Source: an uncultured Actinomycetes bacterium
Lineage (GTDB): Bacteria; Actinomycetota; UBA4738; JBBDTT01
DNA length: 64,000 nt
Direction of reading: 5' to 3'
Assembly: GCA_963742735.1 (NCBI GenBank)
Contig: CAVUMN010000003.1
Coordinates: forward strand, 544,001 to 608,000
Made by a program: the position numbers and the translations under genes. Shown piece after piece: positions 19,040 through 26,261 of this stretch (the first letter of the stretch is position 1; every line of letters starts with the position of its first letter). The notes beneath the pieces were generated by a model. That model was not told where the DNA came from. It did no database searches and was given only the letters and a program-made list of their open reading frames with translations.

Positions 19040-19067
19040 TCGTCGGTACGTTGCCCTTCCCTCTTGA
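19040..19067 (-). promoter_or_regulatory. sigma28-like promoter TCAAG-N15-ACCGACGA
   Basis: Shares CCTCAAGA...AA.GT.CCGA with the paralog A promoter; 33 nt upstream of the paralog B start. Confidence 0.5.
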
Positions 19068-19113
19068 GGGTGATCAAGCGGATATTTGGGACGACGTCAG
19101 AATTGGTCACGAG

Positions 19114-19716
19114 ATGAAGAGGCATCCGGTGTTCGCGAGGTTCTACCGGCTCCTGGAGCGTGTCGTGGCCGACGTGGAGCGGCCGTACCGGGAGGAGACG
19201 GCGGGCGGCGCGCGGGGTCGCGTGCTGGAGGTGGGCGCCGGCACGGGGGCCAACCTCGCGCTCTACGCGGACGGGACGGACGTCGTCGCCCTCGAGCCCG
19301 ACCCGCACATGCTGCGAGAGCTGCGAACGCGCGCGGCCGGCCGCCCCGTTCGGATCCTGCGAGGCTCGGCGCAGGCCCTGCCGTTCGGCGACGGGTCGTT
19401 CGACACCGTGGTCATCTCGCTGGTGCTGTGCTCGGTTGCCGATCCAGACGGCGCCGTGCGGGAGCTCCGGCGGGTGCTGGGCCCCGGGGGCCGCCTGCGG
19501 TTCTACGAGCACGTGCGGTCCGAGGATCCCCGGCTGGCCCGGCGGCAGGACCGATGGGAGCGGGCGTGGGGATGGTTCAGCGGCGGGTGCCATCCCAACC
19601 GGGACACCCTCGCAACCCTGCGCGCCGGCGGCTTCGAGGTCACGGCTCGCGGATGGAGCATGCCCCGGGCCTGGATCGCCGCCCCCCACATCGTGGGGGA
19701 GGCCCTCTCGGGGTGA
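19114..19716 (+). CDS. class I SAM-dependent methyltransferase
   Basis: VLEVGAGTGAN, ALEPD, LPFGDGSFDTVV, LCSV, FYEHV, GGCHPNRDT. Confidence 0.9.
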   Translation: MKRHPVFARFYRLLERVVADVERPYREETAGGARGRVLEVGAGTGANLALYADGTDVVALEPDPHMLRELRTRAAGRPVRILRGSAQALPFGDGSFDTVVISLVLCSVADPDGAVRELRRVLGPGGRLRFYEHVRSEDPRLARRQDRWERAWGWFSGGCHPNRDTLATLRAGGFEVTARGWSMPRAWIAAPHIVGEALSG

Positions 19717-20303
19717 GGGTCATCGCCGGCACGGCTCGAGGCGTGCGGCTCGCACCGGTCCCGGCCGGGACCCGGCCCGTATCCGACCGCGCCAGAGAGG
19801 GCATCTTCTCGAGCCTGGGGGATCTGGTGGTGGCCGCGAGCGTGCTCGACCTGTTCGCGGGCACGGGGGCGATGGGGATCGAGGCCCTCTCGCGGGGGGC
19901 GGATGGCGCGGTCTTCGTGGACCACGGGAACGTCGCGGTCCGCACGATCCGCGAGAACCTGGCGAGGGCCCATCTGGGCGAGGCACGGGTCCTGCGGGCG
20001 GATGTCCGCGCGGCGCTTCGCCGGGCCGATCTGGCGCCCTCGAGCGTGACGGGCTTCGATCTGGCCTTCGTGGATCCGCCCTACGCGATCGATCCGGGGG
20101 TCCTCACGGAGGTCCTGAGGTCGCTCGATGTCCATCTCGCGAAGAACGCGACGATCGTCCTGACCCGTCCCCGGAAGTCTTCCATCGATGTGATTCCGGT
20201 AGACTTTCGGGTCGCCAAAACCCTCGGGTACGGCGACACGCTCGCCCACCTGATCAGGAAGGACCGTCGTGCGCGGAAGCGCTCTGTGCCCGGGAACGTT
20301 TGA
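19713..20303 (+). CDS. rsmD: 16S rRNA (guanine966-N2)-methyltransferase
   Basis: MRVIAGTARG, TRPVSDRAREGIF, LDLFAGTGAMGIEALSRG, DPPY, YGDT; precedes coaD. Confidence 0.92.
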   Translation: MRVIAGTARGVRLAPVPAGTRPVSDRAREGIFSSLGDLVVAASVLDLFAGTGAMGIEALSRGADGAVFVDHGNVAVRTIRENLARAHLGEARVLRADVRAALRRADLAPSSVTGFDLAFVDPPYAIDPGVLTEVLRSLDVHLAKNATIVLTRPRKSSIDVIPVDFRVAKTLGYGDTLAHLIRKDRRARKRSVPGNV

Positions 20304-20745
20304 TCCGGTCACCAATGGACATCTGGACATCATCGAGCGCGCCAGCCGTGTCTTCGACACGCTGGTCGTCGTGGTCTCCGACAACCCCCGCAAGGACCCG
20401 TTGTTCAGCGTGGACGAGCGGCTCGCGATCCTGAAGGAGGCCGTCGCGGAGCACGCGAACGTCGAGATCGACACGTTCCAGGGGCTGCTGGTGGAGTACG
20501 CGGCGAGCCGGAACATCGGGGTCATCGTCAAGGGCCTGCGCGCGGTCTCGGACTTCGACTACGAGCTGCAGATGGCCCAGATGAACGAGCGCTTGACGGG
20601 CGTGGAGACGTTCTTCATGCACACCAACCCCAAGTGGTCCTACCTCTCCTCCTCGCTGATCAAGGAGGTCGTGCGCTACGGAGGCGACGTCTCCGGCCTC
20701 GTCCCCGATTTCGTCCGCGATCGCCTGCTGGAGAAGCTCGGCTGA
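20269..20745 (+). CDS. coaD: phosphopantetheine adenylyltransferase
   Basis: PGTFDPVTNGHLDI, KGLRAVSDFDYE, LSSSLIKE. Confidence 0.97.
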   Translation: MRGSALCPGTFDPVTNGHLDIIERASRVFDTLVVVVSDNPRKDPLFSVDERLAILKEAVAEHANVEIDTFQGLLVEYAASRNIGVIVKGLRAVSDFDYELQMAQMNERLTGVETFFMHTNPKWSYLSSSLIKEVVRYGGDVSGLVPDFVRDRLLEKLG

Positions 20746-21257
20746 TGGATCTGTCCGCGCGCATCCAGCAGCTCGAGGAGCTCGTCCGCGAGGCGAAGTC
20801 GATGCCGCTGTCCTCCTCGGCCCTGGTGAACCGCGAGGAGGTCCTCGAGCTCATCCAGGGCCTGCGTCAGACCCTCCCGGAGGAGATCAAGCAGGCCCGG
20901 TGGGTGGTCAAGGACCGCGAGGAGCTCCTGGTCAAGGCCCGGCGCGACGCGGAGTCCCTCGTCGAGCGGGCTCGCCACGAGCAATCCCGGCTGCTGGCCC
21001 ACGAGGACATCGTGATCCGGGCCGCCGAGGAGGCCGAGCGCCTCCTGGCAGACGCCCGGGAGCAGGCCCGTCAGATCCGCCTGGAGGCGGAGGACTACGT
21101 CGACGCCAAGCTCGCCCAGTTCGAGATCGCGCTCGCCAAGACCCAGGAGGACGTCGCCCGCACGCTGGCGCAGGTGGAGAAGGGCCGGGAGAAGCTCCGG
21201 GGGATGAGCGTGGCCGAGGAGGGCCTGGGCGAGGGCCAGCAGGAGGGCGCCCGATGA
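20745..21257 (+). CDS. SepIVA/DivIVA-like coiled-coil protein
   Basis: [17 protein letters not shown]...[18 protein letters not shown]; conserved position between coaD and DUF177. Confidence 0.8.
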   Translation: MDLSARIQQLEELVREAKSMPLSSSALVNREEVLELIQGLRQTLPEEIKQARWVVKDREELLVKARRDAESLVERARHEQSRLLAHEDIVIRAAEEAERLLADAREQARQIRLEAEDYVDAKLAQFEIALAKTQEDVARTLAQVEKGREKLRGMSVAEEGLGEGQQEGAR

Positions 21258-21823
21258 TCCGCCACGTCGACGTCCACGACCTGGTCGGCCGCCCGGGGAC
21301 GTTCCGGGAGGTGCGCCTGGCCGAGCCCATCGAGGGCCTGGCCATGCCCCTCGCGGAGATCCCCGCCGACGCGCCCGTGGACGTCGAGCTGCTCCTCGAG
21401 AGCGTGGTCGAGGGGATCCTGGTCTCCGGGCGGGTCGCCGGCCCGCTGAAGCTCCGCTGCGCCCGGTGCCTGACGGAGTTCGGCGGCGATCTGGGAGTCG
21501 AGGTGCGCGAGCTGTTCGCCGCCCAGCCCGACGCCGAGGCCGAGGAATACCCGCTCGAGGGCGATCACGTGAACCTCGAGCCGCTGGTTCGCGACGCGGT
21601 GGTTCCCGAGCTTCCGTTCTCGCCGCTGTGCAAGCCGGACTGTCTCGGCCTGTGCGAGCGATGCGGCGGCGATCGCAACAAGGCGGAGTGCTCCTGTCCG
21701 CCGGTGACGGACCCTCGATGGGCCGGGCTCGAGGCGCTGCTCACGAGCGACGCGTTCGGCGAGCTGGGGACCCTGGTGGGCAACGACCTGGACGACGACG
21801 AAGCCGGCCCGAACGGGCCCTGA
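21254..21823 (+). CDS. yceD: YceD / DUF177 metal-binding protein
   Basis: [24 protein letters not shown]; immediately upstream of rpmF. Confidence 0.9.
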   Translation: MIRHVDVHDLVGRPGTFREVRLAEPIEGLAMPLAEIPADAPVDVELLLESVVEGILVSGRVAGPLKLRCARCLTEFGGDLGVEVRELFAAQPDAEAEEYPLEGDHVNLEPLVRDAVVPELPFSPLCKPDCLGLCERCGGDRNKAECSCPPVTDPRWAGLEALLTSDAFGELGTLVGNDLDDDEAGPNGP

Positions 21824-21836
21824 AGGAGGCAAGGAA

Positions 21837-22019
21837 GTGCCGGTACCGAAGCGAAAGCAGTCCCGCTCCAACACGCGGGCGCGGAAGGCGAACTGGAAGT
21901 CCGCGATCTCCGCGCCCACGTACGCGGAGTGCCCGCAGTGCCATCAGCCGAAGCGACCCCACGCCGTCTGCCAGAACTGTGGCTACTACGACGGCCGCGA
22001 GGTCCTCGAGGTCGAGTAG
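21837..22019 (+). CDS. rpmF: 50S ribosomal protein L32
   Basis: [18 protein letters not shown]...CPQC...[11 protein letters not shown]. Confidence 0.97.
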   Translation: MPVPKRKQSRSNTRARKANWKSAISAPTYAECPQCHQPKRPHAVCQNCGYYDGREVLEVE

Positions 22020-22038
22020 TCCGATCGGGAGCGAGGCG

Positions 22039-22767
22039 ATCGGAACCAACGGCGCGTCGGACACCGGCAGCTCTCTGGCCGGCCGGCTCGGGGTGGAGTT
22101 CAACGACCCCGGCCTGCTCGAGCTCGCCCTGACGCACCGTTCCTACGCGTTCGAGACGGGCGGGCTGCCCACCAACGAGCGGCTCGAGTTCCTCGGCGAT
22201 TCCGTGCTCGGGCTGGTGATCACCGATCTCACCTACCGCCGGTTCTCCGACCTCCACGAGGGCGAGCTCGCCAAGCTGCGAGCGGCGACGGTGAACATGA
22301 CGGCCCTGGCCGAGGTGGCCCGCGAGCTGGGCCTGGGGAGCCACATCCGGCTCGGGAAGGGCGAGGAGCTCTCCGGCGGCCGGGACAAGGCCAGCATCCT
22401 CGCCGACGGCCTCGAGGCCGTCCTGGGCGCGGTGTACCTGGATCGAGGCCTGGAGGTGACCACCGAGCTCATCGTCCGGCTGTTCGAGCCACGGATCGAC
22501 GCCTACGCGATGGGGGAGGGCGAGCGGGACTTCAAGACCACGCTCCAGGAGCTCGCCGCCGCCGGTGCCGGGGAGAGCCCCCGCTACGAGATCACGGAGC
22601 GAGGCCCCGACCACGCGAAGGAGTTCACCGCGGTGGTGTTCCTGGGCGCCAAGCCCTACGGACGGGGCGAGGGGCGCTCGAAGAAGGAGGCCGAGCAGCG
22701 CGCGGCCCGCGAGGCCCACGACGCCCTCACCGGAGCCGAGCGCGAGACGCTCGCCAAGGAGGGCTAG
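22039..22767 (+). CDS. rnc: ribonuclease III (start uncertain: ATC 22039, CTG 22075 or GTG 22093)
   Basis: [33 protein letters not shown], dsRBD GPDH...SKKEAEQ. Confidence 0.93.
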   Translation: MGTNGASDTGSSLAGRLGVEFNDPGLLELALTHRSYAFETGGLPTNERLEFLGDSVLGLVITDLTYRRFSDLHEGELAKLRAATVNMTALAEVARELGLGSHIRLGKGEELSGGRDKASILADGLEAVLGAVYLDRGLEVTTELIVRLFEPRIDAYAMGEGERDFKTTLQELAAAGAGESPRYEITERGPDHAKEFTAVVFLGAKPYGRGEGRSKKEAEQRAAREAHDALTGAERETLAKEG

Positions 22768-23610
22768 GTGGAGCTCCCCGAGGTCGAGGTGATGCGGCGG
22801 GACCTCGAGAAGGACGTCGTGGGCCGCCGGATCAAGACCGTCGACGTGAAGACGCACCGCAACGCGATGCGGGCCATCCGCCGGCACACCAAGCGCAAGG
22901 ACTTCGTCGACCGCCTGACCGGCAAGAAGATCACCAAGATCGACCGCAAGGGCAAGTACATCCTGCTGCACCTGGAGGGTGGCGACGTCCTGGTGGTGCA
23001 CTTCGGGATGAGCGGCCAGTTCATCCGGGGGACCAAGCGCCAGGCGACCCCTCAGCACACCCACGTGGTCATGGACTTCCAGCAGGGCGGGGATCTCCGG
23101 TTCATCGACCCTCGCACGTTCGGGGAGCTGTTCGTCTCGAGCGCGGACGACCTGGGCAAGGTGAAGGAGCTCGCCCACATCGCCATCGATCCCCTGGAGG
23201 ACACGTTCACGTGGCCGCAGTTCTCCGAGGTCCTCGCGGCGAAGAAGGCGAAGCTCAAGGCCCTGCTCATGGACCAGAAGTTCATCGCCGGGCTCGGCAA
23301 CATCTACTCCGACGAGGTCCTGTGGGCCGCCGGCCTCCGTTTCGACCGCATGAGCGACACGCTGTCGTCCCAGGAGGTCCGGCGCCTGTACCGCGGCCTC
23401 CAGGAGGTCCTTCAGGACTCGATCCGTTACCGCGGAACCACCCTGGGCGACGAGGCGTACGTGGACCTGTTCGGCAAGCCGGGGGAGTTCCAGCACGAGC
23501 TCAAGGTGTACGGCCGCCGGGGCCTGCCCTGCCCCCGGTGCCGTACCCCCATCGAGGCCGTCAGCCTGTCCGGCCGCAATACCTACTACTGCCCGCAGTG
23601 CCAGAGCTGA
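22768..23610 (+). CDS. mutM: formamidopyrimidine-DNA glycosylase (Fpg/Nei family)
   Basis: ELPEVE, RKGKY, HFGMSG, DPRTFG, LMDQ..AGLGNIYSDE, C-terminal CPRC...CPQCQ zinc finger. Confidence 0.93.
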   Translation: MELPEVEVMRRDLEKDVVGRRIKTVDVKTHRNAMRAIRRHTKRKDFVDRLTGKKITKIDRKGKYILLHLEGGDVLVVHFGMSGQFIRGTKRQATPQHTHVVMDFQQGGDLRFIDPRTFGELFVSSADDLGKVKELAHIAIDPLEDTFTWPQFSEVLAAKKAKLKALLMDQKFIAGLGNIYSDEVLWAAGLRFDRMSDTLSSQEVRRLYRGLQEVLQDSIRYRGTTLGDEAYVDLFGKPGEFQHELKVYGRRGLPCPRCRTPIEAVSLSGRNTYYCPQCQS

Positions 23611-23660
23611 CCCGCCGCCGGCCATCGGCGGGCCGTTCGACCCGTACGTGACCCCAACGT

Positions 23661-23690
23661 GAAAGCGGGGCCCTTTCGGGCCCCGCTTTC
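23661..23690. terminator. perfect 13-bp stem hairpin between convergent genes
   Basis: GAAAGCGGGGCCC-TTTC-GGGCCCCGCTTTC. Confidence 0.8.
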
Positions 23691-23713
23691 GGGGTTCAGC
23701 CGTTCGGTTCGGG

Positions 23714-25630
23714 TTAGACCTGCGTGATCGCCAGGTCACCCAGACCAACCGTCGTCGCGTCCTCCCAGACGTAGACGACGTTGCCGTTGTTGTCGAAGAA
23801 CATCACCCGGTACCCGTCGGGGTTCGGCGGGTTGGTCCCGTTGTCCCTGATGAACATCCGGAACCGGGCGAACACCGGGTCGCTGGCCGCCTTGGTGAAG
23901 CAGCGGCCCACGACCCCGTCGAGCTGGACGACCACCTCAGGCCGGTTCAGACGACGCATCGTCTCCACCTGGAAGCGCTCGCAGCGGAACGGGAACCGAA
24001 CCGCGCCGGGCGGGTTCGGCCGCAGGTCCCAGTAGCCGAGCCGACCGGTGGGCGGCGTGGCGTCGGACACGTTGTCGAACATGTTCGCGCCGATGTGCAC
24101 GTCACCCTTGTCGTTCTTGGTCACGTGGACCTTGCCGTCACCGTCGTAGTCGGTGTGGGCGTGGCCCTGGACTCGCAGCTCGTCGCCCTCTCCCGGTCCG
24201 CCACCATCCTCTTCCCAGATGATGACGACCGAGTCCTCGCAGACGCCCGGGGGCACCGCGACCGAGCACTTCGTGGTCGTGGTGCTGACCGACGCGGTGA
24301 CGGTCTGGGTTCCCGGTGTGGTGGAGGTGAGGACGGCGTCAGCCTGGCCGTTCTCGTCGGTGGTCGCCTCCTGCGAGACGAAGTCACCCTCGCCGGTCTC
24401 GGACCAGGTGATGGGGACCCCGACGACCGGGCGGCCGGCCTCGTCGGTCACGGTCGCGGTCGTGGTGGCCTGAGTCCCAACGTCGGCGTTCTGGGTCTCG
24501 GGCTCCAGGTCGATCGCGAACGCGTGCTGCTTGCACGTGATGTCGCTCCGGGCGTGGCCCAGGATGATGTCGATCGCCGCGCCGCTGATCGGGTCCGGCA
24601 GGATCTGGATGTGCACCGCGTTCACGGTGCCCTCGGCGTGCCGGTTCTGCTTCTCACCCGGGAGCTCGGGTCCGACCTCTCCACCCTCCTGAGGAAGCTG
24701 CTCGTTCAGGACGATGTCGATGAGCGGGCTGAGCGGGATCTGGGTGTTCGGCGGCGCGATACCCGAGAAGACGATCTCGTCGTCGGTCGGGTCGTCCGGC
24801 GTGCCGTTGGTCATGGTGATGACCACCTGGCCACCGTCGAGCTCCTGGGTCGCCACGCCGTTGGCGGAGCAGCGGCTGGTGGCACGGGATCCGGCGACCT
24901 CGACGCCCAGCGTCCCACCGATCTCAACGCCCGCCACGCGCGAGGTGGACTCACTGTGGGTGGACGTGAACTCGGTCCGCGCATCCGCCAGGCCGACGAA
25001 GACCGCCGGGCTCGCGGGAACGTCCAGAACCGTTTCGCGACGGACGTCCGGGTCGCTCGGGGTGCCCTCCTCGGGGCAGGGCTCCTCGACGTACGGAACC
25101 TCGGCGATGGGGCCGATGATCGGGCTGGCCAGCGCGCCGAACGCGCCGCCGGAGCACTCAAGGGCCGGCTGGTCCTTGTTCTGCTTCGGCACCCAGACCA
25201 TCGAGACCGCGTCGCAACGAACGCCGGGTCCAGGTGGATCCGCGCACGTCGCGGGCGGGTCGAGGTACGCCGTCACGGTCGAGGGGACCGGGGGCGGACC
25301 CGTGGGGCTCGCGACGTTGGAGGTGAGGACCGCCACGGCCTGGCCGTTGGCGTCCGTCGCGTTGTCGGCCTCGACGATCTGGCCGGCACCGCTCTCGGTC
25401 CAGAAAACCGCGGCGTTGGCGATCGGCGCCCCGCCGGCGGTGCGAACCGTCGCGACGACCTCCGCTCCGGTGGTCACCACGTGTGTCTGTGTTTCGGGTA
25501 CCGCGTCGATCGTCGAACCCGCAGGCGCAGGCGTGGGGGGTGGCGGTGCCTGAGCCACCGCAACGCTCGCGCCGACGAGCACGCCGATCAGGACCACGAT
25601 TAGGCCCATCGCCGTGCGAGTCCCTCTCAT
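23714..25630 (-). CDS. secreted protein with two Big_1-like Ig domains flanking a choice-of-anchor-P-like domain
   Basis: ATG 25630 after GGAGG; signal peptide; duplicated ...ATTD[AE]NGQA.AVLTS Ig-like units; PPNTQIPL...IVLNEQ...VNAVHI...IILGHARS segment. Confidence 0.7.
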   Translation of the reverse strand: MRGTRTAMGLIVVLIGVLVGASVAVAQAPPPPTPAPAGSTIDAVPETQTHVVTTGAEVVATVRTAGGAPIANAAVFWTESGAGQIVEADNATDANGQAVAVLTSNVASPTGPPPVPSTVTAYLDPPATCADPPGPGVRCDAVSMVWVPKQNKDQPALECSGGAFGALASPIIGPIAEVPYVEEPCPEEGTPSDPDVRRETVLDVPASPAVFVGLADARTEFTSTHSESTSRVAGVEIGGTLGVEVAGSRATSRCSANGVATQELDGGQVVITMTNGTPDDPTDDEIVFSGIAPPNTQIPLSPLIDIVLNEQLPQEGGEVGPELPGEKQNRHAEGTVNAVHIQILPDPISGAAIDIILGHARSDITCKQHAFAIDLEPETQNADVGTQATTTATVTDEAGRPVVGVPITWSETGEGDFVSQEATTDENGQADAVLTSTTPGTQTVTASVSTTTTKCSVAVPPGVCEDSVVIIWEEDGGGPGEGDELRVQGHAHTDYDGDGKVHVTKNDKGDVHIGANMFDNVSDATPPTGRLGYWDLRPNPPGAVRFPFRCERFQVETMRRLNRPEVVVQLDGVVGRCFTKAASDPVFARFRMFIRDNGTNPPNPDGYRVMFFDNNGNVVYVWEDATTVGLGDLAITQV

Positions 25631-25859
25631 GCCTGCCTCCTTCATATGGGCGCTTTAAGCCGCCGTAGTATGCACATCTTCCGTGTCGTTTACACGTATC
25701 CGCCCCGGGCAAAGGCGATCCGTGCGGTACCACTACACCAGATGAGTTCGGTCCATTTCAAACTGCTCCTGTGTTCCGAGCGGCACTTCCAGCAGAAAAT
25801 TCGTGCGAAACGGGCATCCCGGGCCTAATGGGGGGTGCCGGGGTCCGTATTCTGCGCCC

Positions 25860-26129
25860 GTGAAGCGGGCTCGGATTCTGGTGTCGGGAGAGGTCCAGGG
25901 AGTGGGTTTTCGTTGGATCTGCGCACAAGAGGCGAAGGCCCGCGGCGTCTCCGGATTCGTTCGCAACCTGCCCGACGGCCGGGTCGAGGCGGCGTTCGAG
26001 GGCCCGGACGAGGCCGTGGACGGAATGGTGCGGTGGGCACGGCAGGGGCCGAGCTGGGCACGGGTCAGCGGCGTCGACGTGGAGGACGAACCCGTCGCGG
26101 GCGATCCGGGCTTCGAGATCCGGCGATGA
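25860..26129 (+). CDS. acyP: acylphosphatase
   Basis: VSGEVQGVGFR, GFVRNLPDGRVE; conserved position before smc. Confidence 0.93.
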   Translation: MKRARILVSGEVQGVGFRWICAQEAKARGVSGFVRNLPDGRVEAAFEGPDEAVDGMVRWARQGPSWARVSGVDVEDEPVAGDPGFEIRR

Positions 26130-26162
26130 ACGCACCCCCGGTCACTAGTTCTTCGGGGCCAC

Positions 26163-26189
26163 TCAAGCTCTCGCCGCCTGAGCCGATAC
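26163..26189 (+). promoter_or_regulatory. sigma28 (WhiG/FliA)-type promoter TCAAG-N14-GCCGATAC
   Basis: Boxes and spacing identical to 18646..18672; intergenic, upstream of the 26262 gene. Confidence 0.65.
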
Positions 26190-26261
26190 GACTAGTGCGC
26201 CGCGAACACGCGGCGGACGGCAGGGCCGCCCGCGCCCCCTCGAGTGAAGGCGGTGCCCCCA

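Noticed and set aside
20269-20303. 35-bp rsmD/coaD overlap as a frameshift
   Set aside because: Both proteins are complete; it is only a short C-terminal run-on.
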